Origin: Acidobacteriota bacterium
GTDB lineage: Bacteria; Acidobacteriota; JAAYUB01
Assembly (NCBI GenBank): GCA_016935015.1
Contig: JAFGRT010000122.1
Location: 76,310 to 140,309 of the forward strand
Direction of reading: 5' to 3'
DNA: 64,000 nucleotides
The notes under the pieces were generated by a model. The model was not told the DNA's origin. It saw only the letters and a list, made by a program, of their open reading frames with translations, and searched no databases. The position numbers were made by a program, and so were the translations under genes. Below, one piece after another: positions 9,459-18,652 of the stretch (position 1 is the first letter of the stretch; each line of letters begins with the position of its first letter).

Positions 9459-10784
9459 ATGGAACCCATTATCGATATCAGCGACCTAAATAAAAAATAC
9501 GCCATCTATGCTCGTCCCTTCGATCGGGTGAAGGAACTGATGATGTTCGGACGGCGCAGTTTCCACCAGGAATTATGGGCGCTCCAGGACATCCAACTCC
9601 GTGTCCGTCCCGGCGAATCCATTGGCTTTATCGGCAGTAACGGTGCCGGGAAAAGCACACTGCTGAAAATGATTTCCGGAATCTCCAGCCCGACTTCGGG
9701 CCGCCTGGCCGTGCGGGGTCGCATCTCCGCCCTCATGGAACTCGGTGCCGGATTTCATGATGATTTCACCGGTCGCGAGAATATCTACATGAACTGTTCC
9801 ATTCTGGGGATGAGCCGGGAGCAGATCAACCGCAAACTCGATGAAATCATTGCCTTTTCCGAGCTGGGCGAATTCATCGATCGACCGATCAAGATCTATT
9901 CGACGGGGATGTTCATGCGACTGGGATTCTCCGTGGCCATCAACACCGAACCCGACATCCTGCTCATCGACGAGATCCTGGCGGTGGGCGACGAATATTT
10001 TCAGACTAAATGCTACGACAAGATCAAGGAATTCCGGAGTCAGGGCAAGACGGTCATCTTCGTGTCCCATTCCACCAACACGGTACGCGGGTTATGCGAG
10101 CGGGCCGTCTGGCTGGAAGGCGGCCGTATCCATGCTGACGGTGACAGTGTGGAGGTCACGGATCTGTATCTTAATTTCCAGCGCAACCGGATCGGACAGC
10201 GCCGCCAGCAGGAGGGCATATCCGAGGAGGCTTCACCACCCGGCGCCGATGCAGCGACATTGGAACCGGCGGAACCGGCCGTGGAAATTCCGGCCCTCAC
10301 CCGCCAGGGGACCCGGGAAGGTGAAATCCACAAGGTGGAAATCCTCGACGGTAACGAGCAACCCCGCGACGTGTTTGATTTTGGCGAGACCATCATCATC
10401 CGGCTTCATTTCCGGGCCCGGGGCCGGGTACCCAATCCAAACGTCGGCGTGTCCATCTGGCGAAACGACAACATCCTGAGCTACGGCTCCTCGTCGGCCA
10501 AGGATGCAGCTGGCCTCGAGGAACTGCCCGCCAATGGCTACGTGGACTATGTCATTCCCGACGCCACGTTGATGAATGGGGATTACGAGGTGTCGGCGGC
10601 CATCTTTTGTCCGGATGATATCCATCCCTACGATTTTCACAACCGGCTGTACCACTTTCAGGTCCGTTGCCGGCGGCGGGACGAAGGCGTGACCTATCTG
10701 AGACACTATTACCGCTATGTGTTCGACAACGGCCGGACAGTCATTACGCGGGAAGCGGACATGACGGCGCCGCGGCGCCGGTAA
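9459..10784 (+). CDS. wzt: Polysaccharide ABC exporter ATP-binding subunit with C-terminal Wzt domain
   Basis: Walker A GSNGAGKST, YSTGMFMRLGFS signature, LLIDEILAVGD; C-terminal extension of about 170 aa. Confidence 0.88.
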   Translation: MEPIIDISDLNKKYAIYARPFDRVKELMMFGRRSFHQELWALQDIQLRVRPGESIGFIGSNGAGKSTLLKMISGISSPTSGRLAVRGRISALMELGAGFHDDFTGRENIYMNCSILGMSREQINRKLDEIIAFSELGEFIDRPIKIYSTGMFMRLGFSVAINTEPDILLIDEILAVGDEYFQTKCYDKIKEFRSQGKTVIFVSHSTNTVRGLCERAVWLEGGRIHADGDSVEVTDLYLNFQRNRIGQRRQQEGISEEASPPGADAATLEPAEPAVEIPALTRQGTREGEIHKVEILDGNEQPRDVFDFGETIIIRLHFRARGRVPNPNVGVSIWRNDNILSYGSSSAKDAAGLEELPANGYVDYVIPDATLMNGDYEVSAAIFCPDDIHPYDFHNRLYHFQVRCRRRDEGVTYLRHYYRYVFDNGRTVITREADMTAPRRR

Positions 10785-10853
10785 TCCGGCAAATCTATCA
10801 TTGATTTCCATTCGCATCCGCAATAAAATGCTGATTTTCGCCGGAGAGCATGC

Positions 10854-12101
10854 ATGCCCCTGAATGACCGCCCCCTGCACATCTGCCTCATCTCCGAAGA
10901 GTACCCGCCCGATACCGGCTGGGGAGGCATTGGTACCTACACCTACAACCTGGCCCGCGGCCTGGTGCAGCAGGGCCAGCGCGTACAGGTGGTGGCCGGC
11001 TGCCTGAAGAGCGCCGCGACCGCGGAAGAAGAGGGTGTCCGGGTGCACCGCATCGGTTTCGCGGCGCCCAAACAACCTGTCAAACGTCTGATCTATCGGA
11101 TTTTCCAGGTGTACACGCACCGGATGCCCTACCTGCGCCGGAAACTCGAATTCGCTCACGCCGCCGCCGGCCTGATCCGGCGTCTGCACGATGCGGATCC
11201 CCTGGATCTGCTCGAAACGGCTGAATATGACGCCAACGGATACTTTGCTACCCGCTGGGGCCGCATCCCGGCCGTTGTAAAGATTCACACCCCGCTGCTG
11301 GTCAATTACCATCTCAACCGGCTGCCTGTTACCCGGGAGGTCCGCTGGTGCGATCGACTGGAACGCCGCCAGACCAGGCGGGCTGCCTGTATCACGACTC
11401 CCAGCCGGGCCATGAAACGCCTGGCGGAAGACTGGTTGCAACCCAGACGGGACATCCGGGTTCTGCCGAACCCCATTGACACGGAGGAGTTTTCGCCCGC
11501 GGGACCGGCGGTCCGCGACCCGGGGCGCTATCTGTTTTATACGGGGCGACTGGAACGGCGCAAAGGCGTCCATATCCTGCTGGAAGCGTTCCGGCGGGCC
11601 CGACATCGAATACCGGAGGTCAAACTGGTGCTGGCCGGGCATGACACTCCCACTTTTCAAACCGACGGCCGAACCGTTTCTTTCCGGGAATATCTGACGG
11701 CGAACGACCTTCTGGCGGACATCGGCGACCGGGTCATTTTTCTGGGCAAGGTGGACCGGCGCGAGTTGCCGGCCTATTACCGGGGCAGCGTGGCCGGAGT
11801 GTTCCCGTCCGAGGAATTTGAAAACTTCCCGTATACCTGCCTGGAAGCCATGGCGTGCGGTCGGGCGGTCATCGTGACGGACTCGGGCGGCATGGCCGAG
11901 ATGGTGACTGACGGCGTCAGCGGGCGGTGTGTGCCGGCCGGAGAAGCCGCCCCGCTGGCCGAAGCCCTGGTTGATGTGGCGCAACGGCCCGACATAACCG
12001 AACGAATGGGGACCGCCGCCCGTGGGCGCATCCTTGAGAATTACAGCATGGCGGCCATCTCTCGCCGGACCCTCGACCTGTATCATGAGGTGTGTTCATG
12101 A
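10854..12101 (+). CDS. Glycosyltransferase family 4
   Basis: SEEYPP..GGIGTY, GRLERRKG, ENFPYTCLEAMACG. Confidence 0.9.
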   Translation: MPLNDRPLHICLISEEYPPDTGWGGIGTYTYNLARGLVQQGQRVQVVAGCLKSAATAEEEGVRVHRIGFAAPKQPVKRLIYRIFQVYTHRMPYLRRKLEFAHAAAGLIRRLHDADPLDLLETAEYDANGYFATRWGRIPAVVKIHTPLLVNYHLNRLPVTREVRWCDRLERRQTRRAACITTPSRAMKRLAEDWLQPRRDIRVLPNPIDTEEFSPAGPAVRDPGRYLFYTGRLERRKGVHILLEAFRRARHRIPEVKLVLAGHDTPTFQTDGRTVSFREYLTANDLLADIGDRVIFLGKVDRRELPAYYRGSVAGVFPSEEFENFPYTCLEAMACGRAVIVTDSGGMAEMVTDGVSGRCVPAGEAAPLAEALVDVAQRPDITERMGTAARGRILENYSMAAISRRTLDLYHEVCS

Positions 12102-13033
12102 CCGACGCTCTGGAGACTCAGCGTCCGGATATCTCTGTCCTCGTCTGCACACGCAACCGCAGCGGCGCCCTCCGCGCCTGTGTCGGTTCCATCCTCGACA
12201 GCAGGTACCGGAATTTCGAGCTCCTCATTGTGGATCAGAGTGACGACCCGGAAACCGCTGCCTACGTCCGTTCCCTGGATGATCATCGGATCGAGTACCG
12301 GCCGACGGAAACCCGGGGGTTGTCTCGGGCGCGCAACCTGGCCCTGCGCCTGGCCCGTTCGCCCCTGGTCGCCTTCACCGACGATGACTGTATCTGCGAT
12401 CCGGGCTGGATCGGGGAAATCATACGCGAATTCAAAGAAAACGACGACATTTACGGACTCTTCGGCCGCGTACGTCCATGGGGGGATCGCTGGGACGAAG
12501 GACTGTTCTGTCACTGTCTCATCGATGATCCGGATGAGCGGACCGTCGCTGAGCCGGTTCCGCCCCACAAGTACCTGGGGCACGGTAACAACATGGCCTA
12601 TCGCCGGGAACTATTCCGCCGTGTCGGCCTTTACAATACACAAATGGGCGCCGGTACCCGCATGAAAAGCGGCGAAGATACGGATCTTACCTTCCGGGCC
12701 TTGCGGCAGCGGCTGCCGCTCAAATACTCTCCTGCTCCGCTGGTCTATCACGACAACTGGAACACGTTCGCCCAGGCCGATCGGATGGACCTGGGCTATG
12801 TCCTCGGTTTCGTCATGGTCTTCGGCAAGTTTACCCTGTATGGTGACAAGGTCGCCCGGCGCTGCCTCCGTGACCGGCTTGGCGAACTCATCAAAGATGA
12901 TCTGCGAAACTCGTTTCGCTACAAAAACTGGCCTAAATTCCGGCGGACATGGATCAAGCTTTTCTTTTATTTTCTGGGCTTTTTCCCGGCCCTCTATTTT
13001 CGCATGAAGGGCGACCTGGCCTGGACGGACTAG
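12098..13033 (+). CDS. Glycosyltransferase family 2
   Basis: ISVLVCTRNR, IVDQS, GLSRARN, AFTDDD, GEDTDL; ATGA overlap. Confidence 0.9.
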   Translation: MTDALETQRPDISVLVCTRNRSGALRACVGSILDSRYRNFELLIVDQSDDPETAAYVRSLDDHRIEYRPTETRGLSRARNLALRLARSPLVAFTDDDCICDPGWIGEIIREFKENDDIYGLFGRVRPWGDRWDEGLFCHCLIDDPDERTVAEPVPPHKYLGHGNNMAYRRELFRRVGLYNTQMGAGTRMKSGEDTDLTFRALRQRLPLKYSPAPLVYHDNWNTFAQADRMDLGYVLGFVMVFGKFTLYGDKVARRCLRDRLGELIKDDLRNSFRYKNWPKFRRTWIKLFFYFLGFFPALYFRMKGDLAWTD

Positions 13034-13097
13034 TACCTGCCATCTTTACCCGTTCCGTAAAAAGAATTTTTCCGCCGCCAGCGTGATGGTGTCGAGG

Positions 13098-13952
13098 CTA
13101 ATGCTTTTCCCTCGCGTCCGGTGACAGGAAATCAGTAATGGTGGGCAGGCTGTTCTCCAGATATTGACGGTATTCAATCCGGCGATATTCCGGCGGCGGC
13201 TGGAATTCCGCCGGTTCGCCGTCCCATTCGTGGATATCACGGGTAACCTTTTCATAGACCGCACTCCCCCGGCGATATTCGACGGAATAGATTTCCAGGC
13301 CGGTGGCGAACAGTTCAAGCAGCCGCGCCTGAATGGCCTGCGCCAGCAAATAATCGTCGCGGCCGCTGAACTCCCTGGCGAAAACGGATGTGACGGCATG
13401 AAACTGACGGAGCACCGGCAGGTATTGATCCAGCGGGAGATAATTTCCCGGTCGAATGGAATCGTCCAGCCAGATCTCGTGGATCAATTCCTTGCCGTAC
13501 AGCAGGCGATACTTCAGGCAATCGCGGCCCCGGTTCTTTTCCCGTTGGTGATAATCAAGCTTGATGCCGGGCAGAAATGAATTGTCTGTTTCATCCATCA
13601 TCGCCTGCTCGGCGAGATGATAGGTTTCCCGCACTTTCCTGGTGAGCTGTGTGATTTCCCGTCGCATCTCGGCCAGTGAGGCATCGATATCCCCCCCATA
13701 CCAGGTGCGGGTGGCGTGATCGATCAAAAAGATTTTGTTTTCATGGATGTTCAATACGAGAGCGCCATCCGGGGTGTTCTCCGACCAATGGCCCTGCCAC
13801 CAGCGATGAACGCTCTCCTCGCTGTATTCAATGCCCTCGCCCAAGCTGCGGACGGTTACGGTGAATTCGAGGCCTTTCTCGGCAAGACCCGACACCGGCG
13901 AAATACAAAGCCACACCAGCAAACCCACCATCATCCAATAATATCTATTCAT
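13098..13952 (-). CDS. Secreted hypothetical protein (DUF4412-like)
   Basis: Signal peptide MNRYYWMMVGLLVWLCISPVSG; GRDCLKY..EIW and FQPPPEY motifs resemble DUF4412 proteins. Confidence 0.6.
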   Translation of the reverse strand: MNRYYWMMVGLLVWLCISPVSGLAEKGLEFTVTVRSLGEGIEYSEESVHRWWQGHWSENTPDGALVLNIHENKIFLIDHATRTWYGGDIDASLAEMRREITQLTRKVRETYHLAEQAMMDETDNSFLPGIKLDYHQREKNRGRDCLKYRLLYGKELIHEIWLDDSIRPGNYLPLDQYLPVLRQFHAVTSVFAREFSGRDDYLLAQAIQARLLELFATGLEIYSVEYRRGSAVYEKVTRDIHEWDGEPAEFQPPPEYRRIEYRQYLENSLPTITDFLSPDAREKH

Positions 13953-13962
13953 GCTAATCCTT

Positions 13963-14553
13963 TCAGGAGTGATAATCCGGAGCATCCGGCGCGCGGAAAT
14001 CGTTCCATGATACGATTTCCACCAGCTGTTTTCGACGCAAATCGTGGTCGACCGGTTCATCGAGCCGGATGCCTTCGTCCGGGTAACCGGCCACCAGCAA
14101 GGCCAGGATGGTGTAAGCCGGAGGAATGTGCAGCAGACGGCGGATTTTCTTTTCGGAAAACCAGCCGATCCAACACGACCCAAGGCTCAACTCGGTGGCC
14201 ATGAGACACATGTGCTCACCGGCGATGGCCACGTCAAGGCGGTGGCAGTCCTTGTCGATCCATTGGGCCGCCTGGTGGATCAGTGGATGGGGCCGGCCGC
14301 AGAGGACGAACACCAGGGGAGCATCGGCCATCCATTTGTTGATCCGTGTCCCTGCCGGCGCGCACAGAGCCATTTCGCGGATCAGGGCCGGCCGGTCCAC
14401 CGTGACGATATGCCAAGGTTGCTGGTTGCAGGCCGAGGGAGCCAGTCTCGCCGCTTCCAGGATCAGCGCCACCTTCTCCGGTTCCACCGTTTGTGGCCGA
14501 TAGCTCCGCACACTGCGGCGCCGCCGCAGCAGGTCCAAAAAAGCGCTTTCCAT
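13963..14553 (-). CDS. Nitroreductase family protein
   Basis: RRRSVRSY, APSACNQQPW, LGSCWIG; AAGGAGG before ATG 14553. Confidence 0.92.
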   Translation of the reverse strand: MESAFLDLLRRRRSVRSYRPQTVEPEKVALILEAARLAPSACNQQPWHIVTVDRPALIREMALCAPAGTRINKWMADAPLVFVLCGRPHPLIHQAAQWIDKDCHRLDVAIAGEHMCLMATELSLGSCWIGWFSEKKIRRLLHIPPAYTILALLVAGYPDEGIRLDEPVDHDLRRKQLVEIVSWNDFRAPDAPDYHS

Positions 14554-14577
14554 CCGGAAATCCTCCTTACGCGGAGC

Positions 14578-14606
14578 TTGTTTGTCAAGGAATCCCATTA
14601 TATAAT
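14578..14606 (+). promoter_or_regulatory. Putative sigma70 promoter (TTGTTT-17-TATAAT) in the divergent nitroreductase/hypothetical gap
   Basis: TTGTTT 14578-83 and TATAAT 14601-06; the palindrome ATTATATAAT also gives TATAAT on the minus strand. Confidence 0.45.
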
Positions 14607-14646
14607 GATCGGCTGAAAATACGGAAATCCTTTACGGAGAAGAGGC

Positions 14647-14949
14647 ATGACTTCCAAAAAAGCAAAGACCCTGAAAATCAGATGTCCTCACTGCCATTGC
14701 ACCATGAAGATCGACGCCGGCAGCGGGGACGTCCTGCTGGTGGAGAAGCCGGAAAACCGGGAAGTGGAAACCTTCGAGGACGCCCTGGAAATCGAGCGCC
14801 GTCACGAGGAACGCAAGGCCGGACTTTTTGAAGAGGCCATCCGGCTGGAGCGAAAGCGTAAACAGCTGCTCGAGAAAAAATTCAAGGAGTCGCAAAGTTC
14901 CACGGATGACGACGGTTCGCCGCCGCCAAGCCCGTTTGATTTTGCCTGA
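14647..14949 (+). CDS. Small Zn-ribbon-like (CxxC) / coiled-coil hypothetical protein
   Basis: GAGG RBS; IRCPHCHCTMKIDAGSGDVL, a charged helix, and C-terminal PSPFDFA. Confidence 0.7.
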   Translation: MTSKKAKTLKIRCPHCHCTMKIDAGSGDVLLVEKPENREVETFEDALEIERRHEERKAGLFEEAIRLERKRKQLLEKKFKESQSSTDDDGSPPPSPFDFA

Positions 14950-14995
14950 TCCGGCCGCATGTCGCCGATAAATATTTCCGTTCCGAGGTGAATTC

Positions 14996-16189
14996 ATGGG
15001 TCAAATGCATGCCGAGGCCGGACGCCGTGAAGCTTCCGTCCGCTCTGATTGTTATGTAACCATTGACCGGCGCGATTCCGGTGGGCTGGCCATCGACATC
15101 CGCGGCAAGTCTGAAAGGTTTTATCGATCCTCCATTGTTCAGGCGGTGGAGGCCATGCTCGAACAATACGGGATTCGGGCGGCGGCAGTCCGGATCGATG
15201 ATTTCGGGGCGCTGCCCTTCACCCTGAACGCCCGCCTGGAATGCGCCATCCGGCGGCTGGGCAAGGAATTCGATCACCCGCCGGCCCAGTTTCCGACTTC
15301 CCTTTCCAATTATACCGTCGCTCGGGACCGTTTCCGGCGCAGTCGCCTCTATTTGCCGGGGAACGAGCCGAAGTTTATAGTCAACGCCGGATTGCATCAG
15401 CCCGACGGTATCATCCTCGATCTGGAGGACAGTGTGGCGCCCGCCGAGAAGGACACCGCCCGGATTCTGGTACGGAACGCGTTGCAGGAAGTGGATTTCT
15501 ACGGCGCGGAGAAGATGGTGCGCATCAACCAGCTGCCGCTCGGACTGGCCGATCTTGACGAAATCATCCCTTGCCATGTTCACACCATCCTGATCCCCAA
15601 ATGTGAGAGCGGACAACAGGTCGCAGAAGTCGCTGATCGGATCAGGCATATTCGCGCCAAAACCGAACAGCCGGAGCCGGTATACCTGATGCCCATCCTG
15701 GAGAGCGCCCGGGGCATTCTGCGGGCTGATGAGATCGGTGCCGCCTCGCCGTTGAATGTGGCACTGACCATCGGCCTGGAGGATTTTACCGCCGATATCG
15801 GTGCCGAGCGCACCCAGGAAGGCCGTGAAAGCTTCCAGGCCCGCTCCATGGTGGTCTTGGCCGCCCGCGCCCACGGCCTGCAGCCCATCGATACAGTGTA
15901 CTCCGATGTTCAGAACGAGGATGGCCTGCGGCAAAGCACGCTCGAATCCAAGCAGCTGGGCTTCGAAGGCCGGGGCTGTATCCACCCTCGCCAGATCCGG
16001 GTGATCCATGAGGCGTTCGCGCCATCGCCGCCGGAGATCGAGCGGGCCGGACGGATCGTCGACGCTCTGCGGGAGGCCGAGGCCCGTGGCAGCGGTGTGG
16101 TCGCTTTGGGGAGCAAGATGATCGATCCCCCCGTCGTCAAGCGGGCGCAGAAGATCCTTAAGCTGGCCAAACAGCTCGGACTGCGCTGA
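14996..16189 (+). CDS. citE: Citrate lyase acyl-carrier (CitD-like) domain fused to CitE/HpcH-family lyase
   Basis: N-terminal ~90 aa (AEAG..RSDCYV...IDDFGALPFTLNARLECA) is CitD-like; followed by RRSRLYLPGN, ILDLEDSVAP, GRGCIHPRQI, GSKMIDPPVV. Confidence 0.88.
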   Translation: MGQMHAEAGRREASVRSDCYVTIDRRDSGGLAIDIRGKSERFYRSSIVQAVEAMLEQYGIRAAAVRIDDFGALPFTLNARLECAIRRLGKEFDHPPAQFPTSLSNYTVARDRFRRSRLYLPGNEPKFIVNAGLHQPDGIILDLEDSVAPAEKDTARILVRNALQEVDFYGAEKMVRINQLPLGLADLDEIIPCHVHTILIPKCESGQQVAEVADRIRHIRAKTEQPEPVYLMPILESARGILRADEIGAASPLNVALTIGLEDFTADIGAERTQEGRESFQARSMVVLAARAHGLQPIDTVYSDVQNEDGLRQSTLESKQLGFEGRGCIHPRQIRVIHEAFAPSPPEIERAGRIVDALREAEARGSGVVALGSKMIDPPVVKRAQKILKLAKQLGLR

Positions 16190-16227
16190 TCGTCGGAATT
16201 CATTCTGTTTTATCGCCAGGAGAACGC

Positions 16228-17778
16228 ATGATGATTAAAAATGTGCTTGGTCGTGTCTTGCCGGAAGAGATTAACGGTTTGAAAACCATTCCCTACCAGG
16301 GAGTGGGGAAATATATCCCCCGGGGGCGCAAGGCGGCGCCGCCCATCGCTTCCTGCGCCAACTATCCGTCCGACGGTAACAAGGTCGTGTCCAGCCTGCG
16401 AGAGGCCCTGGAAAAATGCGGCCTGCGGGATGGCATGACCCTCTCGGCACACCACCATTTTCGTAATGGCGACAAGTTGATGAACATGCTGTTTGACACG
16501 GCGGCGGAGATGGGGGTCAGGGACCTGATGTTCTATCCCAGCGCCACCTTCCCCTGCCATGAACACCTGATCCGTCATCTGGACGCCGGTGTCATCCACC
16601 ACATCGAAGGCAGCCTGAATGGTCCCCTCGGCGCTTACTGCTCGGCCGGCAAAATGAGGGGGCTGGGGGTGTTGCGTTCGCATGGTGGCCGGTATACGGC
16701 CCTGCAGGATGGCGAGGTCCACGTAAACATCGCCGTCATCGCCGCCCCCACGGCGGATCCCTTCGGCAACGCCACGGGTAGCCGGGGGCCGTCGGCCTGC
16801 GGCCTGCTGGGTTTTGCCCTGGGTGATTCCCAGTACGCCGACAAGGTCATCGTCGTCACCGATAACCTGGAGCCGTTTCCCTGCGCCCCGTTCCAGATCC
16901 ACGGCAATCTGGTGGATTGGGTGGTGGTGGTGGACGAGATCGGTGACCCGTCGAAGATCGTCTCGGGAACCACTGAACTGACCAAAAGCCCGGATCGTCT
17001 CTACATCGCTGAGCTGACCGCCCGCTTCATCGAGGCGGCCGGCATCATGCGAGACGGCTTTTCCATGCAGGCCGGCGCCGGCGGCACAAACCTGGCCTTC
17101 GCCATTTTTCTGCGAGACCTGATGCGCGAGGCCGGCGTCAAGGCACGCTTCATCCGGGGCGGATCCACCAAATACCTGGTGGAGATGCTGGAAGAAGGTC
17201 TCACGGATTTCATCCTCGACGGCCAGACTTTCGACACGGTGGCCGTGGAATCCATCCGGAATCACCCCAACCGGCATGTCACCACTTCGCCGTTCACTAG
17301 CTATAACTATCATTCCAAAGGGAATTTCGCATCCATTGTCGATGTGGCCGTGTTGGGCGCCACCGAAGTGGATATCCAGTTCAATGCCAACGTGGCTACC
17401 CATTCCGACGGGATCCTGCAGCATGGCCTGGGCGGCTGGCCCAACTGCCTGGCCGCCAAGTGCACCATCCTCGCTCTGCCCTCTTTCCGCGACCGCATTC
17501 CGGTACTGGTGGACGAGGTCACCACGGTCTGCGGACCGGGCGAATTGATCGACGTCATCGTCACGGAACGAGGGATTGCCATCAATCCACGTCGACAGGA
17601 TCTCCTTGACGCCACAAAGGATGCGCACTTACCGGTTCGGCCGATCCAGGAAATCCAGGCAGAAGTGGAGCGGATCTGCGGCGGCAAACCCGAACCGCCG
17701 CAATACGGCGAGAATTTTGTGGCGGCCATCAAGTGGGTGGACGGCACGGTGATGGACGCCCTCCGCGAGTTGCGGTAA
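16228..17778 (+). CDS. citF: Citrate lyase alpha subunit / citrate CoA-transferase
   Basis: GMTLSAHHHFRNGD, RSHGGR, QAGAGG, LGATEVD..FNANV, PGELIDVIVTERGIAINPRR. Confidence 0.93.
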   Translation: MMIKNVLGRVLPEEINGLKTIPYQGVGKYIPRGRKAAPPIASCANYPSDGNKVVSSLREALEKCGLRDGMTLSAHHHFRNGDKLMNMLFDTAAEMGVRDLMFYPSATFPCHEHLIRHLDAGVIHHIEGSLNGPLGAYCSAGKMRGLGVLRSHGGRYTALQDGEVHVNIAVIAAPTADPFGNATGSRGPSACGLLGFALGDSQYADKVIVVTDNLEPFPCAPFQIHGNLVDWVVVVDEIGDPSKIVSGTTELTKSPDRLYIAELTARFIEAAGIMRDGFSMQAGAGGTNLAFAIFLRDLMREAGVKARFIRGGSTKYLVEMLEEGLTDFILDGQTFDTVAVESIRNHPNRHVTTSPFTSYNYHSKGNFASIVDVAVLGATEVDIQFNANVATHSDGILQHGLGGWPNCLAAKCTILALPSFRDRIPVLVDEVTTVCGPGELIDVIVTERGIAINPRRQDLLDATKDAHLPVRPIQEIQAEVERICGGKPEPPQYGENFVAAIKWVDGTVMDALRELR

Positions 17779-17848
17779 AATCTTTACAGCACCCCGCGCG
17801 TATGTTACCGTAAAAGTGAATTTTCCGACATGCAGGGAGTACCAGCCG

Positions 17849-18151
17849 ATGAGGAAACTGATTCGTCCCAGCCAGCAGGAACTTGAGGAATTGCGCCAGC
17901 GTTACTCCAAGGAGCAGAGTTCCCAGGTAAAGCGCGCCCGGATCCCACGGGACGATACCGGCAAGGAAGCGAAGTTTCTGCGCGAATGTATCGACCGCCA
18001 GGTACCTGTGCGGATCAAGCTGCGGGACGGACGCGAAGTCACCGGCGTCATCGAGTATTACGATCAGTCGTTCATCCGCCTCACCGTCCGCCAGGCGCCA
18101 AACGAGTTCATTTACAAGAAGGACATTCTGTACCTGCAGCCCGAGCGTTGA
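17849..18151 (+). CDS. Hfq/Sm-like protein (Hfq paralog)
   Basis: FLRECIDRQVPVRIKLRDGREVTGVIEYYDQSFIRL...FIYKKDI follows the Hfq Sm1/Sm2 pattern. Confidence 0.75.
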   Translation: MRKLIRPSQQELEELRQRYSKEQSSQVKRARIPRDDTGKEAKFLRECIDRQVPVRIKLRDGREVTGVIEYYDQSFIRLTVRQAPNEFIYKKDILYLQPER

Positions 18152-18179
18152 GACGGATCTCCCCATCATCCCCACGTTA

Positions 18180-18215
18180 AACGGCGGCCACATCGGGCCG
18201 CCGCCGTTGTTTTTC
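18180..18215 (+). terminator. Putative intrinsic terminator between the convergent Hfq-like and DUF2752 genes
   Basis: Stem AACGGCGGC/GCCGCCGTT followed by GTTTTTT. Confidence 0.55.
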
Positions 18216-18231
18216 GTAAGGCCGACGAAGC

Positions 18232-18651
18232 TCAGGCCGTCAGGGCTTGTAACAGCAGGTACATCCAGTTGACCATCAGGAGAAGCCCTGCTCCGATTGC
18301 CAGGCCGATTTTTTCCCCGCGACTGAACCGGAACCGCACTTCCGGTCCGCCCAGCAACCAGCGCCACAGCACGTAGATCGCCCCCAGCACGCTGCCCAGG
18401 AACAGGATGGCCCCAGCCGGCGATGTCGCCACGGCCTCGAGCGTCAGCCCGTGCATCATCCGGACATAACAGGTGGTCATGCCGCAGCCCGGGCAGGGCA
18501 ATCCCGTTACAGACCGGAAGCCGCAGAGAGGCACCTGAACGGTGTCAAAGGGAAAAAACCGGGCGACCAGAAGGGCGGCAAGGCTGAAGAATCCGAAATA
18601 ATCGAGACTCTCCAGGCGACGCGGCATGTCCCGGCAAAGGATAATCTTCAC
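18232..18651 (-). CDS. DUF2752-family membrane protein
   Basis: CGFRSVTGLPCPGCGMT motif with flanking TM helices. Confidence 0.85.
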   Translation of the reverse strand: MKIILCRDMPRRLESLDYFGFFSLAALLVARFFPFDTVQVPLCGFRSVTGLPCPGCGMTTCYVRMMHGLTLEAVATSPAGAILFLGSVLGAIYVLWRWLLGGPEVRFRFSRGEKIGLAIGAGLLLMVNWMYLLLQALTA

Positions 18652-18652
18652 G

